Source: a virus
Virus record (IMG/VR): IMGVR_UViG_3300007734_000758
Direction: 5' to 3' (one strand)
Length of the DNA stretch: 64,000 nt
Shown here: positions 28,330-37,771 of the stretch, in pieces
Position numbering within the stretch: the first letter of the stretch is position 1
Layout of the letters: each line of letters opens with the position of its first letter
Position numbers and translations under genes: made by a program
Notes under the pieces: model-generated
What the model was told of the DNA's origin: nothing
The model's input: the letters and a program-made list of their open reading frames with translations, nothing else
The model's database searches: none

Positions 28330-29897
28330 TTTCCGGGTTTATTTTGTAATTTCTTATTGGCTAAGATTTCAGATATACGTTCCATATCTGGAACGTTATA
28401 TGGTTTATCAGTTAATGCATTAATCAAAGTCAAATTAACCTTTTTATCAGATAAACGACGGGCTACTGCATTTAAGTTTTTCACACTGTCATCCATGAAT
28501 TTTATATTCTGATATCCATTGTTTACTTGCGTTTCAATCCAATCTGCTTTTACTTCAGGGTCGCTACTGCCTACTGCAATAACATAGGCATTAATGCCAT
28601 AATTATCACGTAAATGCTTCATTATTGGAAATGCAACGCGTCTTGCAGTTAAAATCGTAGTTTTAATAGATGGATTGCGTAATGACCGTTTAATTTGGTC
28701 TATGTTACGGCTAATAGGCAATGAATTGTGAATGATTTTATCAAAATTGGAAAAATCATAACGTTCTCCAGGTTTCAATCTATATGTAGCAAAAGTATCA
28801 CTTTTCAATTCATATTTCGAACCATCCGGACGTTTTACAATTACAGTTGCATTTGTCTTTACCAATGTATCATCAAAGTCATATACATGTAATGTTTTTC
28901 CATGGGCTTCGGAAACGCCCGTTTTCACTTTGATTGGATTACGTACACCTAACTTTTCAATAACCCGTATAGCCTTATCTATATCAGCAGGATTACTAGG
29001 TGTATATTCTCTTAGTGCGATTTCTTTTTTAATTCCCGTTTTCACGAGATTAACTTTAATTTTATCTTTACCTATTGCCCATGCAGCAGTAAGTCTATGA
29101 TGACCATCGTATATAGCCATCTCACCGTCTGGGAACTGAACTACGTTTATTGTAGCCGTATCATCAAAACTCGTTATTGTTTGTTTAACTTTGTTGCTTT
29201 GTATGTTTGGTTGAGTTATATGAACATCGTTAACAGATACAAATTCAATATTATTTTTGGCTTTATTTTTTTCAAATGCCTCTATAACTTCACTGTAAGA
29301 ATGTTTACTTTTATTAAAAATTCCATCTATTCTCTTTGCATCGTTAAATATTTTGCCGTGTGGCAGTCTATCAATTTTATCATAAGCTGTATTAACGCTT
29401 ATACTTTCTTTAACTCCTGTTTTAACTTTAATAGGTTTTTGTCCTTTACTACGTTCTCCACCTTTTTTAGCATCGCCCCCCTTTTTCTGAGCAGCTCTTT
29501 TTCTTTTTACAAATGCTGCTCTACCTGCTTTCCCTAACTTACGAGCCTTTTCTTTTGATAAACAAGCTGCATACGCGTCACCTTCTTTTGCATCACCACA
29601 CTTGCCAACACGATCACCACTCGTATTATAGCGATCCCAACCGCCCCCGCCAACACCGCCCTTCTTCCCTTTACCGAACCAAGCACGCAAGTCTTCTTTT
29701 AGTTTACCGGTTAAGAGTTTAGCACCGAATACGGTTTTAGGTAAATCTTCTGGATATACCATCATGTCATCGCCCTGTTGTGCCAAATATTTACGAAGCT
29801 TTTCTAACTTCTTCATATGACGTTCCGTTTCGGCCTGGTTCATAGTAGCACCCTGCTCCCGAACTAACCGATTATATATATCCATCAATTTAATCAC
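28326..29897 (-). CDS. multidomain protein: leader, basic Gly-rich domain, ParB/Srx-like domain, HAD-like phosphatase
   Basis: EDLRAWF..GGW; TQ..IYDGHHRLTA; VYDFDDTL, ILTAR, FMDDS.KN. Confidence 0.75.
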   Translation of the reverse strand: MIKLMDIYNRLVREQGATMNQAETERHMKKLEKLRKYLAQQGDDMMVYPEDLPKTVFGAKLLTGKLKEDLRAWFGKGKKGGVGGGGWDRYNTSGDRVGKCGDAKEGDAYAACLSKEKARKLGKAGRAAFVKRKRAAQKKGGDAKKGGERSKGQKPIKVKTGVKESISVNTAYDKIDRLPHGKIFNDAKRIDGIFNKSKHSYSEVIEAFEKNKAKNNIEFVSVNDVHITQPNIQSNKVKQTITSFDDTATINVVQFPDGEMAIYDGHHRLTAAWAIGKDKIKVNLVKTGIKKEIALREYTPSNPADIDKAIRVIEKLGVRNPIKVKTGVSEAHGKTLHVYDFDDTLVKTNATVIVKRPDGSKYELKSDTFATYRLKPGERYDFSNFDKIIHNSLPISRNIDQIKRSLRNPSIKTTILTARRVAFPIMKHLRDNYGINAYVIAVGSSDPEVKADWIETQVNNGYQNIKFMDDSVKNLNAVARRLSDKKVNLTLINALTDKPYNVPDMERISEILANKKLQNKPGK

Positions 29898-30634
29898 ACT
29901 AAATCCGATTCTTTGAGTAATGTATAGGTAAATTTATTGTTTACGGTCGCTTTATAGAATTCACAGATATCCAACACAACTCCTAAATTTTTGGCGGTAG
30001 GAAATACCTGGCATCCAGCACTCCACTTATCAATTGAAATGCTTTCGCCATCTGCCTTGGCTCTGTGAATATTGATACCGAAAAAACCAAACTCAGTCTT
30101 TCCCGTTTCTTCAGCAAACGTATCTTTATCAGCATCACGATATACAGTAACCATGTTGCCGGTCTGAACCAATGCTGGATGGCTGTTATCGCGTTTATGA
30201 AAACCTAATTGATATGCATCTTTATACTGTCCGGGCTTAAGTACTGCGGTGCCTAATGATGACATTGGATTCTTCAACCAATAGACTCCCGGATCCGTAG
30301 TGATTGTGAATACTTTTATTGCAGGTTTTCCTATCGCGTTCCGATGTTGTGCAGCTGCGTATAATGTTTTACTCCCAATCTTTCCATCAACCTTTAGTTC
30401 ATTACCGTTAGCATCACGGAAGCCAAATACATTTAGAAATTTTTGTTGAACATCGGGCCTGGTAGAGAATGAGGTAGGCATCGCAGGTACTATATATGCG
30501 ATTGCAAATAAATCGTTGAATACGTTTGGTACATCTAATTTAGTACGTATACCTATTAGATTTGGTCGATCTTCGTACCAAACGTATCCTTTCGATTCTA
30601 TCGTTTTCTTTAGTAAGTCATAAGTAACTGTCAT
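29894..30634 (-). CDS. putative endolysin / YkuD-like cell-wall enzyme with peptidoglycan-binding insert
   Basis: QQKFLN..G...LKVDGKIGSKT (PG_binding-like); GINIH...WSAGCQV His/Cys motif. Confidence 0.6.
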   Translation of the reverse strand: MTVTYDLLKKTIESKGYVWYEDRPNLIGIRTKLDVPNVFNDLFAIAYIVPAMPTSFSTRPDVQQKFLNVFGFRDANGNELKVDGKIGSKTLYAAAQHRNAIGKPAIKVFTITTDPGVYWLKNPMSSLGTAVLKPGQYKDAYQLGFHKRDNSHPALVQTGNMVTVYRDADKDTFAEETGKTEFGFFGINIHRAKADGESISIDKWSAGCQVFPTAKNLGVVLDICEFYKATVNNKFTYTLLKESDLV

Positions 30635-30668
30635 AGTGTTCTATTTATAATAAATATAAACGAACACT

Positions 30669-32525
30669 TTATTTGATTTCGCAAGCACCACCGGCGCAGG
30701 CTAATTCACCAGATAAATCTGTGTTATCATCTAACTCAATTACATGACGCAGATCTACTTCTGTTAACGATTTCATTAATTCGTGGTATCGTTCTTCTGT
30801 AATATCCTCAAACGGACTTTGTATATATGTATGATCCGAATACGGAAGTACTGATAGACCGCTATATGCATCACGATTTTCCCACATCCACTCACCCACA
30901 GGTTCCCATTCTTCTGGTTTAAGTGATACCGTTGCTGATATATTGTGCATATTAGATCCGGTACGGTGACCTGGTTCGATCCACTCTTTACGTACACGCT
31001 TAACACGTTCTAACAATTCTAAAGCAGACTCAGTACGTAAAATAGATCCGGTCGGCGCTTTTTGTGGTATTCCAATGACTGCGGTATCGTGCGGTCGGAA
31101 ATATTCATCCTCAACCAATGCAGGATGATTTAGTGCTAAATAAGAATAGATTGCTTCATTCTTTCCTACACGGATTCGACGAATATAGTAATCATTATGC
31201 CATGCATGAATACCGGATGAAGTACCTAATACCAATGAACTAGTACCGGATGGCTTTACCGTTGTGGTACGTGCTGCTTTATTAATTCCTAAAATTTCCG
31301 CTACGCGAGCATTTTCTTCTTTAACTAATTTAGCTGCTTGTTTAATATCATAATCAAATACTTTGTTTGAACCGATACCTGTCATACCTACTCCAATAAG
31401 AGCTTCTTTCTCCGTAGTACGTCTCCATACATCTCTTAAATAATGAAAGTCAGTATAACCTGCTTGCAATGTTCCAATGAACGCAGCACCTTTAACTCTT
31501 TGATTAAAGTCTTCTTGCGATTCAATATCGCTTACATTTACTTCACAAAGGTTACAGAATTGATATGGTCTTAATGCAATCTCCGCACAAGGATTAGTTC
31601 CCCAATCTTTATCGTTAGTAAAGAAGATACCTGGCTCTCCTGCTCCTGAAGCTTCAATACGTTTCCATAAGTCCATAAAATATTCTTTAGTTACTTTATG
31701 TCTTACAAGTGCTGCTGAGTTATTTGCACGACCACGCTGCGGGTTGAGTTCCCACCATGCGCCCGACTTACAAGCAATCATTTCATCGTCATCAGCACTG
31801 AATAAAGAAATAAGTGCAGCACGACGAATACCACCTGCCAATACAGCATCTGCAATATGGCATACAATATCATGAACTTCTATCGGACTTAATTTATCGC
31901 CGTTATGTTTTGAATCTAGGATTCCTTCAATCTTAATTAAGCACTCTTTAAGCGGTTGAGGTCCTGGTGCCTTACCACCTGAAGTTACTAACCGTGCTCC
32001 CTTCGGCCGAATATCTGAAAAATCAAATTCAACTCTAGGTGATCCAGAAAAGTAACTCTTAGTGAGAGTCTTTATTGCATCTGCCCAACCTTCAATTGAA
32101 TCTGCAATAAGATACCTACGTTTACGGTCACTATTAGGTTTACGTATTTCTGGTAACTTTTCTACATGATGCTTTTGTACACTGAAACCTACTCCAGTAC
32201 CACCTAAAAGTAAAAACATCGTTTCACTAAAAGCACGGATATCATCAATTGGCAAATATGCACAATTGTATATTCGATTCGGAGAGATTTCAATCGGCTT
32301 GCCTGCAAACTGCATTGACCTCATAGATGGTAATATTTTTTTATCATATACCAACTTATAAACCTCTTTAATCTCATCGGTTAACTGGGGATACTTTTTA
32401 AGATGCATCTCCATATTCCTGGTAACTATTTCATTCCAGGTTTCGCGCCTTTCTAGATACTGCTGATACTTGGCGTATTTCATAAAAGTAGAAATTTCGC
32501 TTAATATCGAATTCGATAATTCCAT
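30669..32525 (-). CDS. nrdJ: class II (B12-dependent) ribonucleotide reductase
   Basis: YNC, GTGVGFS, RRAALI, TNPCAEI, CNL, VKPSGT, C-terminal ACAGGACEI; no small subunit nearby. Confidence 0.9.
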   Translation of the reverse strand: MELSNSILSEISTFMKYAKYQQYLERRETWNEIVTRNMEMHLKKYPQLTDEIKEVYKLVYDKKILPSMRSMQFAGKPIEISPNRIYNCAYLPIDDIRAFSETMFLLLGGTGVGFSVQKHHVEKLPEIRKPNSDRKRRYLIADSIEGWADAIKTLTKSYFSGSPRVEFDFSDIRPKGARLVTSGGKAPGPQPLKECLIKIEGILDSKHNGDKLSPIEVHDIVCHIADAVLAGGIRRAALISLFSADDDEMIACKSGAWWELNPQRGRANNSAALVRHKVTKEYFMDLWKRIEASGAGEPGIFFTNDKDWGTNPCAEIALRPYQFCNLCEVNVSDIESQEDFNQRVKGAAFIGTLQAGYTDFHYLRDVWRRTTEKEALIGVGMTGIGSNKVFDYDIKQAAKLVKEENARVAEILGINKAARTTTVKPSGTSSLVLGTSSGIHAWHNDYYIRRIRVGKNEAIYSYLALNHPALVEDEYFRPHDTAVIGIPQKAPTGSILRTESALELLERVKRVRKEWIEPGHRTGSNMHNISATVSLKPEEWEPVGEWMWENRDAYSGLSVLPYSDHTYIQSPFEDITEERYHELMKSLTEVDLRHVIELDDNTDLSGELACAGGACEIK

Positions 32526-32617
32526 TAATCCTTTCCTCGTTTAATAAATTAAATAATATTCGTTCTCATCCGAAACATTTATAGATGACTGTAGCGCTGA
32601 CATCATCTATAAATATC

Positions 32618-33976
32618 TTATTCGAAGCCTTCTCCCTTAATCTCCTGATACTTTCTTCCTAAAAGTTTTCGCATTGCTTCGGCACCACCATCCATTTGTT
32701 TCTGTGCCTGCTTTCCATCAGAGGATGTATCTGCGAATATTTGTATCTGTCCGTTACTAGTATTAATTTTGGAAGGAAGAGTAATACCATCCGGACCAAA
32801 TCGATTTTTAATCAAGTGCCAACGACCCGTGCCCGCTATCTTATCATTTATTTTTCTAGAGAGGGAAATAACAAAATCAGCAACCATTACTTTACCAAAT
32901 GACTGCGCAATCTTATCTGCTTCAATCACTTCCGATTCGGTGCTTGATCTATTAGCTTGCGAAGCTGTCCACACGGGTACTTCATATTCACCTGCCAATC
33001 CTCGCATCTCCTCATAGATAATCTCTATTTCTTCATGTCGTTTCTCATTACCCGGTCCCTTGAGTAGATCACCATAATCTATAATGATTAGATCCGGATT
33101 GAATCCTAGCATCTTACATTTTTCGATGTGTGCCTTTAATCCATTTACCGATGTCGACTTGGTAGGATAGTACTTAATCACCAACCCACCCTTTAACGAA
33201 TTGAGAGTCTGCTGTATCTCATTAATATGATACTTCAAGTTTTGATTGATGATACCAGTCAACACAGAATCATAACGAAGACCTACATACGCTTCATTCA
33301 ACTCCATAGTATAGTGTATCACCTTTAACCCTTGCCGAATTGCATGTGCACCGATATTAACCAAAGACCACGACTTTCCCGCTCCAGGACCTGCAACGAA
33401 TACTCCCAACTCTCCCTTTCCTAATCCTCCCTGAGTCAATTCATTAATAACGTCCCAAGGAGTAGCCCTTACATGCCGTACTGCTTCAGTGTATCGATCC
33501 TCTATATGTAGCATGTATTCATGGCCGATATTTTTATCTGCACCAGCACGTAATGCTAAGTCAATCTTACGTTTAATGTTTTCATAATCACCATTCTTTA
33601 GTAGATCGACTGATTGGATGATTGCTTTCTTTATCTCTTGATTCTTACAAAAGTCTAGAGTCTTCTCTTTAATAAATGGCAGATCCGTGGATTCTACTTG
33701 TTTCCATGATTCTTTAAGATGATCAATCACTTCGGATTTCAATAAATCATCCTTAATATCTTGAATCTTTACTTTTAACGCTTCTAATGAAGGCGGAGTC
33801 TTATACTGTGAGGAGTATTGAATTATATTCTCAATCAACCATTTATTGGCCTCGTTTTCAAAATATCCTGGATCTAATATATCCTGACTCTGTTGAAGGA
33901 ACAATTTGTCTGTCAGTAACGAGGTTATGACCTTTATCTGAAAATTGTACCCATATTCACTTAATCTATCACTCAT
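32618..33976 (-). CDS. replicative helicase (DnaB / gp41-like)
   Basis: GPGAGKS, YTME, IIIDYGDL, WTASQANR, KNRFG. Confidence 0.93.
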   Translation of the reverse strand: MSDRLSEYGYNFQIKVITSLLTDKLFLQQSQDILDPGYFENEANKWLIENIIQYSSQYKTPPSLEALKVKIQDIKDDLLKSEVIDHLKESWKQVESTDLPFIKEKTLDFCKNQEIKKAIIQSVDLLKNGDYENIKRKIDLALRAGADKNIGHEYMLHIEDRYTEAVRHVRATPWDVINELTQGGLGKGELGVFVAGPGAGKSWSLVNIGAHAIRQGLKVIHYTMELNEAYVGLRYDSVLTGIINQNLKYHINEIQQTLNSLKGGLVIKYYPTKSTSVNGLKAHIEKCKMLGFNPDLIIIDYGDLLKGPGNEKRHEEIEIIYEEMRGLAGEYEVPVWTASQANRSSTESEVIEADKIAQSFGKVMVADFVISLSRKINDKIAGTGRWHLIKNRFGPDGITLPSKINTSNGQIQIFADTSSDGKQAQKQMDGGAEAMRKLLGRKYQEIKGEGFE

Positions 33977-34013
33977 ACGTCTGAATATATTTTAAAAATC
34001 GAAATAATACAAA

Positions 34014-35075
34014 TTATTCTCTTGGCATAGCGGATAAATACCCAAAACTAGTACGTAGCCAAGTGTCAATATCTTTTATTACAGTAAACATCTTATCCAT
34101 CATGAACATACGTTTAAACTGAGCAATATTGTATTCGTTGGTGGGACGTGCTGCAAAATCTAACAACATTAGTTTTGCGTTGCCGTTAATATCCGGTTCT
34201 TTCAATTGCATCAAAGCATAATTCAAATGTATCTTAGATTCATTAGTAACAATACTCTGAAACACTTTCTTCTCCTGATCCTTAGAGTTTTCAACTAAAA
34301 AATCAACAGAGAGTTCTGCATCAGCACTTAGTTGCGGGAATGCTTTTAAAAGTGTTTTAGCACCGATGCCAGGCACGCCTGATATATTATCACCGGTATC
34401 CCCAATCACTGCACGGTAGAGTAGAAAATTCTTTGCATTAACACCGTATTCTTGCAATACCAATTCCGGAGTATACAGTTTCTTTTTAATGGGACTCCAT
34501 ACATTAACTCGCTCGTTACATAATTGAAGATAGTCCCTATCAGATGAAACAATCACTACCCTCTCGGATTCTGTGAATACTTGGGTAGTTAAATATGCAA
34601 TAGAATCGTCTGCTTCTATGTTGTCAATAGCAATAGTACTAATCGGCAAACAATCTAGATACTCGATAAGCCTTTGGAATTGCATACGCATAGATGCCTG
34701 TTCATCCTGGATGTCTTCGAACTCTTCATACCGATTGAATTTAGTACGAACGGCACGGTTCTCTTTATATTCCGAATACATCTTCTTACGTTTAGCAGAA
34801 CCTCCCTTTCCATCAAATGCTATTATGCATCTGGTAGGTTTGAATGTTCTTACTAATAGTGCCAAGGACCGTAAGAATCCTGTCACGCCGCCAATGTGCA
34901 TACCATCATCATTTAGTGACGGTACGGCTGAAAATACTCGTATATACAGGTTGAGCTAGAGACCGTCGATAATCAGTACCCGATCATTTCTTTTCGTGGT
35001 AGCTGCATCGACGGTCTTATCTTTTTGCTCTGTTTGAAAATCCTGATAACGATGTAATAAATCGTTCCTGTTCAT
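34014..35075 (-). CDS. 5'-3' exonuclease / T4 RNase H-like flap nuclease, with in-frame TAG at 34956-34958
   Basis: ATG 35075 overlaps the recA-C stop; reads ...VLIIDGL*LNLYIRVF...FDG, YKENR, EADD, SSDRDYLQ, GDTGDNISGVPGIG. The ORF-track version lacks the N-terminal DG motif. Confidence 0.85.
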
Positions 35076-35917
35076 TATGCTTCTTCGTTAATTACATCCG
35101 AATCTACTGTCACTTCATCAATTCCACCATCAATACCGGGACGGTATTTGAAGATATAAGCATTGCAGATATCTCGGTACATTGCTGCCTGGACTTCAGG
35201 TCGTTCTTGTAACAGCGTATGGAATGATTTGCTTTGGAATTTTATCTCCTCACCGGTTTCTTGGTCTATATAAGTATACCAGGCACCAGCGTTCGTAATC
35301 AAACCATAATCTTTCATGAGTTCCATCCATCCTCCGTAATTATCAATTCCGGATTCAAAATAGATATCATAACCAACCATCCTCAACGGAGGTCCGATTC
35401 GATTCTTAACTACCTGCGCATTTGTTTTTATACCAATAATCTGTTCAACACCGGCGCCATTTTTAACTTTAATTTGGCCGATGGATTTTAAACGTAACCT
35501 AACAGATGCGTGGAAGGGAATTGCTTTCCCGCCGCTAGTAGTATTATGATTCAATCTGCCATTTGCCAGATATGTATGATCATTACTATCTACTTCAATA
35601 TCAACTACGTGCATTGGCTCATCAATCACTTTAAAATCCGGGTGCTCGCATGCAAAGATTTCTTTTCCATTTTCTACAAATCGGTGATTACCAGAAACTT
35701 TTATGTGTCCGTCGGTATAAAATGAATTGACACTAGGTTTGACTATAAAACTTTTAATTGGAACGAAGACTCGATTTCCTGTACTCGAATCTATGGATTC
35801 TACTTCCAATTCGAGATCCGATAAATCATACATCTCTTCTTCAGAGAAATTGTTTAATTGTAAAAAACGATCGGCAAGCTCAGCCAATGTAATTTCTTCT
35901 TCTATGTATTTGCTCAT
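35075..35917 (-). CDS. recA: RecA C-terminal half fused behind a 125-aa C-intein
   Basis: Intein SGNH (block B) and VDIEV..HTYLANGRLNHN, then TTSGGKAIPFHASVR, KNRIGPP, AGAWY. Confidence 0.92.
   Translation of the reverse strand: MSKYIEEEITLAELADRFLQLNNFSEEEMYDLSDLELEVESIDSSTGNRVFVPIKSFIVKPSVNSFYTDGHIKVSGNHRFVENGKEIFACEHPDFKVIDEPMHVVDIEVDSNDHTYLANGRLNHNTTSGGKAIPFHASVRLRLKSIGQIKVKNGAGVEQIIGIKTNAQVVKNRIGPPLRMVGYDIYFESGIDNYGGWMELMKDYGLITNAGAWYTYIDQETGEEIKFQSKSFHTLLQERPEVQAAMYRDICNAYIFKYRPGIDGGIDEVTVDSDVINEEA
35543..35917 (-). mobile_element. split intein C-fragment (125 aa)
   Basis: Ends His-Asn, +1 residue Thr. Confidence 0.9.
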
Positions 35918-36963
35918 ATATGTTCTTTTATTATTTGTTTACATTTTTCAACATCAGTTAAAATATCATTTTCCCACAGCACTATCACAGTATAAGAATT
36001 TTCTTTTAAAGATACAATTTTTTCTTCATCATATTTCCATATATCAGCAGCTATTCTAGATTTATGTGTGGTATCTGTTGGTTTGAAATACTTAGGATTT
36101 GCATGCCAAAAATCCCCAAAACACTCAACTATAATATTACCCTGAACTAAGAAATCAGGTACATATGATTTATCGTTTAAATGTATTGTGGTTTCGTATT
36201 GCCACTCTAAGGACAAATCATTTAAAATCAAGGCTATTTGATATTCAATCGAATTCATATCATAACCGTTAATTTTAAAATTTTTTTGCTTGTGCGAAAG
36301 AAGCATCCTATAAAATTTATCAGGATCGTTTTTCCTAGCATCATGCCACATATTTTTAGCTGCCCGCGATATTTTTTGTATCCTGTCGGGAGCGTTGCAC
36401 GCTGCAACAAATCGTTTCTTATATTCAGGATCAAGCATACGTTCCCTATTCTTCTCGGATATCCGCTCGTAATGTCCCGAATCCTTACGAGTTTGTATTT
36501 GTTTATCTCGCCACGCAGGATCCGTTTTCCACCGTTCAGAATTTTTCTTACCGATGATAGTCGCCCATTTTTTTTGTTTTAATTGTAACTTATTTCTAGT
36601 AATATCACCTGCAGGTGATTCATAATGCTTTTGTAATGAAGCACTAACTCGTCTTCCTATCATATTTTTTTCTTGAAGCAACATTTTCGAATCATCCGGC
36701 TTAAATGTATCTACATACCACTGTATTAAGTTAGTCTTAGCACAAAGTTTTTTTCTTTCATGAAAAACCTCATTTCCTAGAACATCGCCCAAATAATGAA
36801 TATAGTATTCTTGCTGTACGCCACTATAAGGAATTCCGTTCGGTCGGATCGGGTGTGATTTATTCTCTTTAAATTGCTCTTTTAATTTTAATTTGATTTT
36901 TGGATTTGTAGGTTCATTGTTATAGGTTACATCAAAAAAATCCAGTATTAAGTCAGTATTCAT
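35914..36963 (-). CDS. free-standing Vsr-like (EDxHD) homing endonuclease between recA halves
   Basis: PDF, VECFGDFWH, DEEK, VLWE; basic repetitive central region. Confidence 0.85.
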   Translation of the reverse strand: MNTDLILDFFDVTYNNEPTNPKIKLKLKEQFKENKSHPIRPNGIPYSGVQQEYYIHYLGDVLGNEVFHERKKLCAKTNLIQWYVDTFKPDDSKMLLQEKNMIGRRVSASLQKHYESPAGDITRNKLQLKQKKWATIIGKKNSERWKTDPAWRDKQIQTRKDSGHYERISEKNRERMLDPEYKKRFVAACNAPDRIQKISRAAKNMWHDARKNDPDKFYRMLLSHKQKNFKINGYDMNSIEYQIALILNDLSLEWQYETTIHLNDKSYVPDFLVQGNIIVECFGDFWHANPKYFKPTDTTHKSRIAADIWKYDEEKIVSLKENSYTVIVLWENDILTDVEKCKQIIKEHI

Positions 36964-37030
36964 AAGTCCCTCTGTTGTTGTTTATATGTTTTATACTTAT
37001 AAATATTAACAGAGGGACTTTTTATGAATA
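36957..37030 (-). promoter_or_regulatory. RNA hairpin sequestering the endonuclease start codon, with late motif in the loop
   Basis: TATTCATAA(AAA)GTCCCTCTGTT pairs with AACAGAGGGACTTATGAATA; ATATTTAT at 36999-37006. Confidence 0.85.
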
Positions 37031-37081
37031 TCAACCAATCTTGTATCGTATTTTTACTTTCGTACTAAACGGATCCACACA
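37031..37081 (-). mobile_element. split intein N-fragment (16 aa, CVDPFSTKVKIRYKIG)
   Basis: Cys start directly after FGDPW, then TGA. Confidence 0.85.
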
Positions 37082-37759
37082 CCAGGGATCTCCGAAACTT
37101 ACTCCTAATCGAGTCCTAAGCTGGTTTGTAAAGATTAAACAGATACGTTCACGGGCAATCATATTAGTAATCTTACGCATTGCCTTAGAAAGGATAATTG
37201 ATTTAGACGTAGCATAACCATCCTTATCATAATCCGCTGCCTGTTCAATCTTGGTAGATGCACCCATAATAGAATCGACTACAATAGTAACCAACCTATC
37301 TTTAGAGGATTTTCGAATTGATTCAACAATATTCTCAATCGCTTGGAAGATGTCCTCAATGGTTTCTAATGGAACATACAACATTGTATTTAGATCCAAA
37401 CCAATCGCTTCCAAAAATTCCCTACTGACAGCACTCTCAGTATCAATATATACTGCTAAGCCACCCTTTTGTTGGGTAGAAACGAGTGCATGTGCTGCAA
37501 GTAAAGATTTTCCCGAAGCCTCGAGCCCAGTAATCTCTGAAATTCGCCCTACCGGAAATCCTCCATTCGGTCGGTTAGCGATTGCTAAATCTAATAACGA
37601 TGAACCGGTTGATACGAATTCATTTACATCTGCAGGAGTATCAGTATCTCCATCTAAGAAGTACGCCACCTTATAATTGGTACTCTTAAACTGCTTGTTA
37701 AGATTCGCTGCTAGTGTGGATGCTAAATCATCCAACACTTCTAATTTTGTTTTGTCCAT
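37031..37759 (-). CDS. recA: RecA N-terminal half with short N-intein
   Basis: STGS..LD.A, GGFPVGRI.EITGLEASGKS, YIDTE, VVDS, FTNQLR. Confidence 0.95.
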   Translation of the reverse strand: MDKTKLEVLDDLASTLAANLNKQFKSTNYKVAYFLDGDTDTPADVNEFVSTGSSLLDLAIANRPNGGFPVGRISEITGLEASGKSLLAAHALVSTQQKGGLAVYIDTESAVSREFLEAIGLDLNTMLYVPLETIEDIFQAIENIVESIRKSSKDRLVTIVVDSIMGASTKIEQAADYDKDGYATSKSIILSKAMRKITNMIARERICLIFTNQLRTRLGVSFGDPWCVDPFSTKVKIRYKIG

Positions 37760-37771
37760 TTGAACTCCCTA

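Noticed and set aside
32526-32617. Cobalamin riboswitch upstream of nrdJ
   Set aside because: Too short and no B12 box seen; only a simple ATAGATGA/TCATCTAT hairpin at 32581-32610
34956-34958. Genome-wide TAG reassignment (alternative genetic code)
   Set aside because: Only one gene is interrupted; all others read intact in code 11, and TAG appears to end ORFs at 24602 and 38605
35914-37030. Group I intron or pseudogenised recA
   Set aside because: There is no room for a ribozyme core (about 67 nt gap on one side, overlap on the other), and the intein motifs explain the break exactly
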